DNA of 64,000 nt from Eubacteriales bacterium (GTDB taxonomy: Bacteria > Bacillota > Clostridia > Oscillospirales > CAG-272): contig JBGVIN010000104.1 of assembly GCA_045123255.1 (NCBI GenBank), positions 27,113 through 91,112 of the forward strand. The letters are read 5' to 3'. Both the position numbers and the translations under genes were made by a program. Of the stretch, positions 27,402 to 36,237 are shown in pieces (positions within the stretch are counted from its first letter, which is position 1; every line of letters starts with the position of its first letter). The notes under the pieces are model-generated. The model was not told the DNA's origin and ran no database searches. It saw only the letters and a list, made by a program, of their open reading frames with translations.

Positions 27402-27419
27402 ATTTGTTTTGACTATAAG

Positions 27420-27448
27420 ATTATAGCATATGTTTTTTAGAATTGCAA
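27420..27448 (-). promoter_or_regulatory. sigma-A-type promoter for tRNA-Trp
   Basis: TTGCAA - 17 nt - TATAAT on the minus strand, about 20 nt upstream of the tRNA 5' end. Confidence 0.6.
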
Positions 27449-27554
27449 GTATTTTTTTGAAATATATGAAAAAGTTGAATATTTTTCTTTTTGCGCGTGT
27501 ATAATGTATTAACCGCCATAAAAAATATTTGAAATAAATTTTATAAAAAAACTC

Positions 27555-27583
27555 TTGACAAGTAATATTATGTGTGATATACT
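27555..27583 (+). promoter_or_regulatory. sigma-A-type promoter for the tRNA-Leu/tRNA-fMet pair
   Basis: TTGACA - 17 nt - TATACT, 15 nt upstream of tRNA-Leu. Confidence 0.65.
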
Positions 27584-27597
27584 TATTAGGCAAATAA

Positions 27598-27686
27598 GCC
27601 GATGTGGCGGAATCGGTAGACGCCACGGACTTAAAATCCGTTGGGAAGAAATTCCCGTGCCGGTTCGAGTCCGGCTATCGGCACCA
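27598..27686 (+). tRNA. trnL: tRNA-Leu (anticodon TAA), class II with long variable arm, CCA encoded
   Basis: Acceptor GCCGATG/TATCGGC, anticodon loop CTTAAAA, variable arm TGGGAAGAAATTCCCGTG, T loop TTCGAGT. Confidence 0.9.
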
Positions 27687-27693
27687 TAAATAT

Positions 27694-27771
<78 letters not shown>

Positions 27772-27779
27772 ATTAAAGA

Positions 27780-27841
27780 AAACACACCCATTGGAGGTGT
27801 GTTTTTCTTTTATTTCGTGTATGGGTGCTCGGGATTTAACC
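27780..27841 (+). repeat. copy A of the terminator-plus-TCGGGATNTAAC module (also the tRNA operon terminator)
   Basis: Hairpin ACACACC/GGTGTGT plus T-run, then GTGCTCGGGATTTAACC at 27825-27841. Confidence 0.6.
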
Positions 27842-28002
27842 AAGCGACCGACGGAGGAGGTCGGGGGTGAGCGCACCAAAAACGATTGAGTATCGTTTTT
27901 GGAAGCGTGTAACTAAAATAGGAAGTCCCCGAAGCAATTTATAATTGCGACACAGGACGACCATATTTTAGGAAGGGCAATGAAAAATCTCATCTCTAAT
28001 TT

Positions 28003-28551
28003 TCACAATAAAGGTATAGATTTATTCTTTAAAGTGTTTTTTATGGATACAAATAAAAAGCTTGAATTACTGCTTGATTTTATGTACTTTAACTCTTGAG
28101 GCACTGTATAATGATTTTCATAATTTAAACTATATTTATAACAACAGTACGCTGTTTTATAGTCCTTTTCTTCAATTGAGATGAATCCTAGTCTGCGATA
28201 GAATCTTGCTTTATTAGTATGGGATTCTAAATATTCTTTCATATCCAATAGTGTTTTTTTGGCTAATTCAAATTGTTTAGTACAAATATAACACTCAACC
28301 AATTCAAAGCGAGCACTTATTCCTACAGGATTCAACTTTAAACATTCATTTAAAGTTTCAATTGCCTTTTCAAATTTTTTTTGCTCGAAAAGTTCAATTC
28401 CTGACATAAACATATCTTTATAATTATTACCAGATAAATAAACAACTTCTGTCTTGGGTTTGTTTACTTTAACATACAAAGCAAATTCCGTAAAATTTTC
28501 AAAATAATATCCTTCTCCAACGGAATCAGATAAAACTACTTTTTCATTCAT
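28003..28551 (-). CDS. tetratricopeptide-repeat protein (AT-rich accessory gene)
   Basis: 182 aa with TPR-like repeats (FEKAIETLNECLKLNP..., ARFYRRLGFISIEEKDYKTAYCCYKYSLNYE). Confidence 0.55.
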   Translation of the reverse strand: MNEKVVLSDSVGEGYYFENFTEFALYVKVNKPKTEVVYLSGNNYKDMFMSGIELFEQKKFEKAIETLNECLKLNPVGISARFELVECYICTKQFELAKKTLLDMKEYLESHTNKARFYRRLGFISIEEKDYKTAYCCYKYSLNYENHYTVPQELKYIKSSSNSSFLFVSIKNTLKNKSIPLL

Positions 28552-28788
28552 AATTAATCTCCTTCTAGTTATTGATTACATTATATACTTATTTTTTATT
28601 ATTGTCAATGCTTTATAATACAACTTCTTTTTAGTGCATTGTTTTAATATTTTGCAGTTTAGATTTACAACTTCACTTTTATTATTGAATTTTTCATAAT
28701 AAAATGATATAATTAGTATAGATAATTCTAATTTCACTACAAAAAATAATAATCAAATCATCTTTAGAAATGATTAGGCAAATATTAA

Positions 28789-29229
28789 TTGGATATAATT
28801 GATGAAAAATTAAGAAACGAGTTAGTAGAAAACAAAATGGCAGAAGATGTTAATTTAGTTGTTTCATTTGTGAAAAATTCAACTTGGAGTGGTTTTTTAG
28901 GTAGTTTAGGATCTGTCATTGCAGAAGAAAGTAGTAGATATTATTTGTCAATTTATCAAGAAAAACTTTTTATTTTTAAAGTAAAAAATTTTTTCAAATA
29001 CAACGGAATTGACGAAAAAACAATCGTTGAAATAAATATAAATGATTTAAAAGAATTTACTATAAATGGCAAAAAAGATTGCTTGACGGAGAAGAAAATA
29101 AAGAACATCAATCCGAAAATACTTATTAAATATGCTGAGAAAAAAATAGTTGGTATTATAGATATATTTGAATACAAGCAAAATGCAAACTTAATATTAA
29201 AGAAAATTTATAATAATATTATATCATAG
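28789..29229 (+). CDS. hypothetical protein (possibly bacterial PH-domain-like)
   Basis: AT-rich ORF. The start is uncertain (TTG at 28789 or ATG at 28837). No family recognised with confidence. Confidence 0.35.
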   Translation: MDIIDEKLRNELVENKMAEDVNLVVSFVKNSTWSGFLGSLGSVIAEESSRYYLSIYQEKLFIFKVKNFFKYNGIDEKTIVEININDLKEFTINGKKDCLTEKKIKNINPKILIKYAEKKIVGIIDIFEYKQNANLILKKIYNNIIS

Positions 29230-29277
29230 AAATTATGCTGATATAAAGATTCGACTCCCCCCACCACATCCCACAAC

Positions 29278-29332
29278 AAAGGACACCATTTCGGTGTCCT
29301 TTTTTCGTTAAATTAGTGTTCGGGATGTAACC
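29278..29332 (+). repeat. copy B of the terminator-plus-TCGGGATNTAAC module
   Basis: AAAGGACACCATTTCGGTGTCCTTTTTT followed by GTGTTCGGGATGTAACC at 29316-29332. Confidence 0.6.
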
Positions 29333-29495
29333 GTTTTCTATTTACAAAAGTAATATTATATGTTATACTATGGTATAATTTCCCTATTTTGTGGGGCGGT
29401 AGTATGAAAATTCAAGGTTTTATATATGATTCAATGGCGAATTGAATAAATTTCTATTCATAGTGATTTATTAGCCGTTAAAAGGAGATATATTT

Positions 29496-30047
29496 ATGGC
29501 AATTCTATTTATCAATGCCTGCGTTCGTGAAAATTCAAGAACGCTTGTTTTGGCAAAAAATATTTTAAGTGGGATGTCGGGCGAGGTTATAGAGGTAAAC
29601 TTAAATCAGGAAAATATTGCGCCGTTGAACCGCGTGGTTTTATAAAAGCGCTAAAATTTGATAAGCTTAAAAAATAAGAACGACCCTATGTTTTATTATG
29701 CAAAGCAATTTGCAGAAGCGGATGAGATTGTTATAGCCGCTCCTTTTTGGGACCTTTCATTTCCTGCAATTCTAAAAGCATATATGGAGCAGATTACAGT
29801 TTCGGGAATCACCTTTGAATATGTAAGCGGCAGACCCCACGGACTATGCAAAGCAAAAAGCTTAACCTACGTTACAACCTCAGGCGGACCCATATTTGCT
29901 GATTTCGGTTATGAATATATTAAGACGCTTGCTAAAAGCTTTTACGGTATAGAAAAAACAAAAGCGTATAGAGCTATGAATCTTGACGTTGATATGATAA
30001 CTGCGGAAGAGCTATTAACAAAAGCAAGCATTACCGTAATTGAGTGA
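29496..30047 (+). pseudogene. flavodoxin-like FMN-dependent NAD(P)H oxidoreductase (AzoR/ACP phosphodiesterase-like) with two in-frame TAA codons
   Basis: MAILFINACVRENSRT... continues in the same frame through ...PLNRVVL-TAA-KR-TAA-NLISLKNKNDPMFYYAKQFAEADEIVIAAPFWDLSFPA. AAGGAG RBS precedes the ATG at 29496. Confidence 0.65.
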
Positions 30048-30079
30048 GAACCTCTAAATCGTCGTAGCTAAAACAACTC

Positions 30080-30126
30080 AAAGGACACCGTTTCGGTGTC
30101 CTTTTTTGCGCAGGATTTAACACCGT
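30080..30126 (+). repeat. copy C of the terminator-plus-GGATTTAAC module
   Basis: AAAGGACACCGTTTCGGTGTCCTTTTTT followed by CAGGATTTAACACCGTT. Confidence 0.6.
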
Positions 30127-30251
30127 TCGGTATTTGCGCTACTTTTTCAAAGAAGAAATGGGCGCATTTTTGCTTTGCGGTTGAAAAAGAAAACGCTTTA
30201 TGATATAATTGAATACATCAAGAAAAAGGCGGTGGATTTGCCGTAAAAGGG

Positions 30252-31265
30252 ATGTTAAATATGAAATCAGCTTACGAATATAACAAGGAATTACTACAAA
30301 ACGTTGTCCCGTCGATGTCTTACGACGGTGGAGATTTTCAAAAATGGAAGGCGGAGGCAAGAAAAAAGCTTAGCGAGCTTCTCGGTATGGACAAGTTTGA
30401 AAGGGTAGACCCCGAGGTCGAAATTGAATACCAAAGGAAAATAGATGGGGCAAGTGAAATTCGCTTTACCTATCAAAGCGAGGCGGGCTACCGTGTGCCG
30501 TGCCACTTGTTGCTTCCCGATGGGATTGAAAAGCCGCCGCTTATGATTTGTCTTCAAGGTCATTCTAAGGGAATGCACATTTCCTTGGGCAGACCTAAAT
30601 TTGAGGGGGACGAAAAATCAATAAGCGAGGGCGACCGAGATTTTTGCGTAAGAGCCTTAAAGGAAGGCTTTGCGGCGATATCGCTTGAGCAGAGAAACTT
30701 TGGCGAATGCGGAGGTGACGAAAACGGCCCGAGGTGCTATGAGTCTACTATGACTGCGCTTTTAATGGGAAGAACAACCGTAGGTGAACGCGTTTGGGAC
30801 GTTTCAAGACTTATCGACGTTATTGAAGCCGAGTTTAGAGATAAAATTGACACAAAGAATATTTGCTGTATGGGAAACTCGGGCGGCGGCACTGCTACTG
30901 CATACGTTGCGGCTCTTGAGGACAGAATTGTTTTAGCTATGCCCTCGTGCGCTATGTGCACCTTTAAGGATTCCATTGGTGCTATGACCCATTGCTCCTG
31001 CAATTACGTACCGAAAATATCCGAATATTTTGATATGAACGACATAATGGCAATGGCATATCCAAAGTATTTTGTTCAGGTCTCGGGAAATAAAGATCCG
31101 ATTTTTCCATTTTTTGGCGCAAAAGAGGTCTTTTTGAAGGGAAAGCGTGCTTACGACTCGCTCGGTATGGGTTCCCGTTGCTCTTTCGTCGAAGGAAACG
31201 GCGGTCACCGTTTTTATGCCGATGATGCTTGGCCCGTGGTACACAAATATCTTTTTAATGAGTAA
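30252..31265 (+). CDS. alpha/beta hydrolase (carbohydrate esterase-like)
   Basis: Nucleophile elbow CMGNSGGG. Conserved H near the C-terminus (GGHRF). TTGAAA-17-TATAAT promoter at 30180-30208. Confidence 0.65.
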   Translation: MLNMKSAYEYNKELLQNVVPSMSYDGGDFQKWKAEARKKLSELLGMDKFERVDPEVEIEYQRKIDGASEIRFTYQSEAGYRVPCHLLLPDGIEKPPLMICLQGHSKGMHISLGRPKFEGDEKSISEGDRDFCVRALKEGFAAISLEQRNFGECGGDENGPRCYESTMTALLMGRTTVGERVWDVSRLIDVIEAEFRDKIDTKNICCMGNSGGGTATAYVAALEDRIVLAMPSCAMCTFKDSIGAMTHCSCNYVPKISEYFDMNDIMAMAYPKYFVQVSGNKDPIFPFFGAKEVFLKGKRAYDSLGMGSRCSFVEGNGGHRFYADDAWPVVHKYLFNE

Positions 31266-31296
31266 TTCCGATTTTATGAAAAGTAGGAGAAAATAC

Positions 31297-32205
31297 ATGG
31301 ACAACAATTTCAAAAATCCCATAATGAAAGGGGCAGATCCATTCGTTCTTTTTTATGAGGGAAAATATTATATGTACTCAACTACTGAAAGCGCTCGGAC
31401 GTTGGTTGGAGCTAACGATTTTGCAACGGATACGCCCGAGGGTGACGGAATTTTCGTTTACGTATCGAATGACTTAAAAAGCTGGGAAAAGCACGGATAC
31501 GCTCTAAAGAAGGGTGACTCCATCGGAGAAAAATGGTTTTGGGCGCCCGAGGTTTTGGAGTATCGCGGCGAATTTTATATGGTTTACGCCGCAAACGAGC
31601 ATATTGCAATTGCAAAGGCCTCTCATCCTTTAGGTCCGTTTAAGCAGGAAAACAAGCGTTGGTTGCGCGACGGAATGGCTATTGACGGAAGCTTTTTGGT
31701 TGATGACGACGGCACGGTTTATCTTTACTACGCGCGCTTAGGCGGTGGAAACAGAATTTTCGTTGCGAAAATGAAGGACGACCTTTCAGGCATAGAGGAG
31801 AAATACGAAAATTGCTTAATAGAGGCGGAAGCACCTTGGGAAACGCTTGACTGTCTTATTGCCGAGGGGCCGTTTGCTATAAAGCATAAGGATCTTTACT
31901 ACCTGACCTATTCCTGTAATCATACGCGCTGCATCGATTATGCTGTTGGCTACGCGGTATCCAAAAGTCCGCTCGGTCCATTTGAAAGATTTCATGGAAA
32001 TCCAATTTTGAAAAGGAACGGAAATCTTATAGGCGTTGGACACCATAGCTTCTTCCACGCCGAGGACGGCACTCTCCTCTGCGCTTACCATTGCCACAGC
32101 ATAGGCACGGAAAATTTCAAGCCGAGATTGTCCTGTATAAACACAGCGGAGTTTGTCGAGGACGAAAACGGAATTGATAAGCTCGTTATAAACGGTCCTA
32201 AATAA
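31297..32205 (+). CDS. glycoside hydrolase family 43 (beta-xylosidase/alpha-L-arabinofuranosidase-like)
   Basis: NPIMKGADPFVLFYEGKYYMYST N-terminus and WAPEV, EGPF motifs. AGGAGA RBS precedes the ATG at 31297. The track ORF starts upstream inside the preceding gene. Confidence 0.8.
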   Translation: MDNNFKNPIMKGADPFVLFYEGKYYMYSTTESARTLVGANDFATDTPEGDGIFVYVSNDLKSWEKHGYALKKGDSIGEKWFWAPEVLEYRGEFYMVYAANEHIAIAKASHPLGPFKQENKRWLRDGMAIDGSFLVDDDGTVYLYYARLGGGNRIFVAKMKDDLSGIEEKYENCLIEAEAPWETLDCLIAEGPFAIKHKDLYYLTYSCNHTRCIDYAVGYAVSKSPLGPFERFHGNPILKRNGNLIGVGHHSFFHAEDGTLLCAYHCHSIGTENFKPRLSCINTAEFVEDENGIDKLVINGPK

Positions 32206-32310
32206 AAAATAAGTGTGGCTTGACGCCTCAATTTAGCTATTAACTATCAACGTATTGCATGGACATAGCAAATGATGTTCCGTATTATTTACAGATTGAA
32301 TGGTGATAAA

Positions 32311-33348
32311 ATGGATATTTCAAACATTGACAAAAATTTCAAAATTGAAACAAAGATAAACAAGGGCGATATTGAGTTTTATTCTGCCTTGAGTGAACCG
32401 TTTTCCGTTCACGGGCTTATTTACACAAACGGTAAGTTTAGGCGAATGGACGAGGACGTAGCAAAGCGCGTCAGTCCCGGCGTTTACAGCTTGCACGCCA
32501 ACACCGCAGGTGGCAGAGTCCGCTTTAATACCGACAGCTCTTACGTTGCAATTTACGCCAAAATGGAAAACGTAGGCAAAATGCCGCACTTTGCATTAAG
32601 CGGCTCGGCGGGCTTTGATTTGTACGTCTTCAAAAAGTATCACGCGACGTTTATGCCTCCGTACGAAATGACAAACGGCTACGAGGCGGTGTGCGAGCTT
32701 GGTGAAAGAAAAATGCGAGAAATTACAATAAATTTCCCACTTTACAGTGACGTTTGCGAGCTATATATAGGCGTGAGCGATAGCGCACGTATCTTACCCG
32801 CTCGCGAGTATAAAATCAAGAAGCCTATCGTCTTTTACGGCTCCTCAATTACGCAAGGCGGCTGTGCATCTCGCCCGGGTGCTTCATACGAAGCAATAGC
32901 TTCACGCACACTTGACGCGGAATATCTAAACCTTGGCTTCTCAGGTAACGCGCGTGCGGAGGACGAAATGATAAATTATATAAAGACGCTTGATATGTCC
33001 GCATTTGTTTACGACTACGACCACAATGCGCCCACGCGCGAGCATTTGGAGGCAACACACGAAAAAATGTTTTTGAAAATAAGAGAAGCACATCCGAAAA
33101 TTCCTATTCTTATTTTGCCACGCCCCAAATATTACCTAAGCGAGGACGAGAAAAAGCGACTTGAAATCATAAAAAGGACGTATCACAATGCGCTTTTGCG
33201 AGGTGACAAAAACGTTTATTTCATTGACGGAAAGGGACTGCTTGGCTCCGTGCGCGACGAGGGTACGGTTGACGGCTGCCACCCAACCGACCTTGGCTTT
33301 TACCAAATGGCACAGGCGGTGAACGGTCTTCTTAAAAAAATACTGTAA
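32311..33348 (+). CDS. SGNH/GDSL hydrolase with N-terminal beta-sandwich domain
   Basis: FYGSSITQG (block I Ser) and DGCHPTDLG (DxxH block V). The start may be 32272 or 32311. Confidence 0.7.
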   Translation: MDISNIDKNFKIETKINKGDIEFYSALSEPFSVHGLIYTNGKFRRMDEDVAKRVSPGVYSLHANTAGGRVRFNTDSSYVAIYAKMENVGKMPHFALSGSAGFDLYVFKKYHATFMPPYEMTNGYEAVCELGERKMREITINFPLYSDVCELYIGVSDSARILPAREYKIKKPIVFYGSSITQGGCASRPGASYEAIASRTLDAEYLNLGFSGNARAEDEMINYIKTLDMSAFVYDYDHNAPTREHLEATHEKMFLKIREAHPKIPILILPRPKYYLSEDEKKRLEIIKRTYHNALLRGDKNVYFIDGKGLLGSVRDEGTVDGCHPTDLGFYQMAQAVNGLLKKIL

Positions 33349-33474
33349 CGAAAAGCACACCCACGCGGTGTGTTTTTTTGCTTTTATATAAATTAAACAG
33401 TTGATTTTATGTCTATAATATGTTAAAATATATCGAAACATATTTAGCAACAAATTATATTTTCGAGGTGTAAT

Positions 33475-35265
33475 ATGAACGTTACAAAGGATATTAAATA
33501 CATTGGAGTTAACGACCACAAGATAGATTTGTTTGAGGGACAGTACGTTGTGCCAAACGGTATGGCATACAATTCCTATCTCATTTTCGACGAGAAGATT
33601 GCCATTATGGATACGGTGGACGCTTCCTTCACTCACGAGTGGCTTGACAATCTCGAGTCCGCGCTTGAGGGAAGAAATCCCGATTACTTAGTGGTTCAGC
33701 ATATGGAGCCTGACCACTCCGCGAATATTGCAAATTTTGTTAAAGCGTATCCAAACGCGAAAATCGTTTCCTCGCAAAAGGCGTTTAATATGATGAAGCA
33801 ATTCTTCGGCACAGCCTTTGAGGATAAGCAAATTGTGGTTTCAGAGGGCGACACGCTATCTCTTGGCAAGCACACATTAACCTTCGTTGGCGCGCCTATG
33901 GTGCATTGGCCCGAGGTTATCGTAACCTACGATTCATACGATAAGGTGCTTTTCTCGGCAGACGGCTTCGGTAAATTCGGCGCACTTGACGTAAGCGAGG
34001 ATTGGGCTTGCGAGGCGCGCAGATACTATTTCGGAATAGTTGGAAAGTACGGCGCACAGGTTCAAAACCTTCTTAAAAAGGCAAGCGGCTTGGAGATTGA
34101 AAAAATTTGTCCGCTTCACGGCCCTGTGCTTGAAGAAAATCTCGGCTACTACCTTGATTTATATAACACATGGTCAAGCTATCAGCCTGAGAGCGAGGGC
34201 ATTGTAATTGCATATACGTCCGTTTACGGCAACACCAAAAGGGCGGTTATTCAATTTGCCGAAAAGCTTCGCGCATCGGGATGCCCTAAGGTTGTTTTGC
34301 ACGACCTTGCAAGAACGGATATGGCAGAGGCGGTTGAGGACGCGTTCAGATATAATAAGCTCGTTTTGGCAACCACAACCTACAATGCGGAAATTTTCCC
34401 GTTTATGCGTGAGTTTATTAACCACCTAACCGAAAGAAACTACCAAAAGAGAACGGTTGCACTTATCGAAAACGGTAGCTGGGCGCCAAGCGCGGCAAAG
34501 GTAATGAGGGAGCTTTTTGAAAAGAGCAAAAATATAACCTTTACCGAAACAACCGTTAGAATTATGTCCGCGCTTAACGACGAAAGCGCAGCACAGCTCG
34601 ACGCGCTCACTAAGGAGCTTTGCATGGAATACCGCGCGCAAAACGACGAGCTTGCAAACAAAAACGACCTAACCGCGCTCTTTAATATCGGCTACGGTCT
34701 TTACGTTGTTACCTCAAACGACGGCAAAAAGGATAACGGACTTATAGTAAACACCGTTACGCAAATTACCAACTCTCCAAACAGAGTAGCGGTAGCAATA
34801 AACAAGGAAAACTATTCGCACCACGTAATTAAGCAAACGGGAAAAATGAACGTTAACTGTCTAACTACAGAGGCGCCGTTTGCGGTGTTTGAATCCTTTG
34901 GATTTAGAAGCGGCAGAAACGTAAATAAGTTTGAAAACTGCGAGCCGCTCCGTTCCGATAACGGACTTGTTTTCTTGCCGAGATATATAAATTCGTTTAT
35001 GTCCTTGCAGGTTGAAAGCTACGTCGATTGCGACACCCACGGTCTTTTCATTTGCACAGTTACCGAGGCGCGCGTGCTTTCCGACAAGGAAACGATGACC
35101 TATACCTACTATTTTGAAAACGTAAAGCCAAAGCCCCAGACCGAGGGCAAGGTTGGCTACGTGTGCAAAATCTGCGGCTACATCCACGAGGGCGAAATTG
35201 ATGAAAGCTTTATTTGCCCGCTTTGTAAGCATGGATATGCTGATTTTGAAAAAATAGAAGCGTAG
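33475..35265 (+). CDS. multidomain flavodiiron protein: diiron MBL-like + flavodoxin-like + flavin-reductase-like + rubredoxin
   Basis: HMEPDH diiron motif. IAYTSVYGNTK flavodoxin loop. GLYVVTSNDGKKDNGLIVNTV flavin-reductase-like segment. C-terminal CKICG...CPLCKHG. Confidence 0.8.
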   Translation: MNVTKDIKYIGVNDHKIDLFEGQYVVPNGMAYNSYLIFDEKIAIMDTVDASFTHEWLDNLESALEGRNPDYLVVQHMEPDHSANIANFVKAYPNAKIVSSQKAFNMMKQFFGTAFEDKQIVVSEGDTLSLGKHTLTFVGAPMVHWPEVIVTYDSYDKVLFSADGFGKFGALDVSEDWACEARRYYFGIVGKYGAQVQNLLKKASGLEIEKICPLHGPVLEENLGYYLDLYNTWSSYQPESEGIVIAYTSVYGNTKRAVIQFAEKLRASGCPKVVLHDLARTDMAEAVEDAFRYNKLVLATTTYNAEIFPFMREFINHLTERNYQKRTVALIENGSWAPSAAKVMRELFEKSKNITFTETTVRIMSALNDESAAQLDALTKELCMEYRAQNDELANKNDLTALFNIGYGLYVVTSNDGKKDNGLIVNTVTQITNSPNRVAVAINKENYSHHVIKQTGKMNVNCLTTEAPFAVFESFGFRSGRNVNKFENCEPLRSDNGLVFLPRYINSFMSLQVESYVDCDTHGLFICTVTEARVLSDKETMTYTYYFENVKPKPQTEGKVGYVCKICGYIHEGEIDESFICPLCKHGYADFEKIEA

Positions 35266-35278
35266 GACTGACACATTA

Positions 35279-35390
35279 AAATGCAACCTACGGTTGATGA
35301 TATACACACTTCGTGTGGTGATATACACGCAAATTGCGTGATGATATGCAATGCGTTGCATTGATGATATACAACGCTACGCGTTGATTT
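35279..35390 (+). repeat. 5-unit tandem array (period about 22 nt) of TGATGATAT-linked hairpins
   Basis: Stems CAACC/GGTTG, CACAC/GTGTG, CACGCA/TGCGTG, CAATGC/GCATTG and CAACGC/GCGTTG, separated by (T/G)GATGATAT(A/G). Confidence 0.85.
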
Positions 35391-35394
35391 AACT

Positions 35395-35424
35395 GTAGGG
35401 GACGGCGCCCTCGACGTCCCGTTT
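35395..35424. repeat. GTAG-prefixed imperfect palindrome (REP-like element)
   Basis: GTAG + GGGACGGCGCCCTCGACGTCCCGTTT. Homologous to 4187-4217. Confidence 0.7.
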
Positions 35425-35486
35425 CTAACGGTGCGCGCTCAACAATGGTGGGTCGTTTACGCAAACGATACCGTGTTAAAAGAAAA

Positions 35487-35526
35487 CCCTGTGTCGATTT
35501 CAGACACAGGGTGCTTTGTTTTTTTA
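35487..35526 (+). terminator. intrinsic terminator of the flavodiiron gene
   Basis: CCCTGTGTC / GACACAGGG stem followed by TGCTTTGTTTTTTT. Confidence 0.8.
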
Positions 35527-36090
35527 ATTTAACAAGGGATGATTGCCGCGAGATTCATATCGCGCGTTTTTCTTTGCAAGCAAGATTGTGATTATTGTGT
35601 AAAGGGAAACCACAATTAAAATAATACCGAAAACAACTGCGGCAACCTTTGCCCAGGATTTAATAAACATAAGGCAGAAGCCGAGTGCGGTAAACGATGT
35701 GCCGACAATCAAGGCGATGATGAAAACAGCAAGCGAGTTGTATCTTGCAAAGCGCGAAAGAAACGCTTCAACAAACATAATAATGCCGATAGCAATCATA
35801 AGGTAAGGCACGAAGTCGAGAAGCACTTGTGCAAGCTGCTTAACAACAAACATAACGCCGAACGCAATTGCAACCGCACCTAAAATGCCGTCAAGCGTAA
35901 GGAGCGATTTTGTCTGTATAATAGAGTTGATAACGCACAAAATTCCCGCAAAGCAAAGTGAGCCGCCAATGAGCCAGCTAAGCCCGTCGGCAAACGTAAG
36001 CGAGCAACAGAACAAAACTCCGATAACAAGAGTAATGCAAGCAACAATAATAGTGCGCGTCTGATTTTTCTTTAAGTCGTTAGGTAACAA
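35524..36090 (-). CDS. hypothetical polytopic membrane protein (HdeD/DUF308-like)
   Basis: 188 aa with about 6 TM segments. TTG start preceded by an AAGGAGGG RBS. Confidence 0.5.
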   Translation of the reverse strand: MLPNDLKKNQTRTIIVACITLVIGVLFCCSLTFADGLSWLIGGSLCFAGILCVINSIIQTKSLLTLDGILGAVAIAFGVMFVVKQLAQVLLDFVPYLMIAIGIIMFVEAFLSRFARYNSLAVFIIALIVGTSFTALGFCLMFIKSWAKVAAVVFGIILIVVSLYTIITILLAKKNARYESRGNHPLLN

Positions 36091-36202
36091 AAAAGCACCC
36101 TCCTTTTGACAAAATTCGATTTATTTAATTATATCATACACAATTTAGTATTTCAATAAACTAAGAAATATTTATTCAAAAAACAAAGAAAAAATGAATT
36201 CG

Positions 36203-36229
36203 TAAAAACGGCGCTTCAAACGAAGCGCC
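36203..36229 (-). terminator. intrinsic terminator after trxB
   Basis: GGCGCTTC / GAAGCGCC stem followed on the minus strand by GTTTTT. Confidence 0.75.
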
Positions 36230-36237
36230 ATTTAGTG

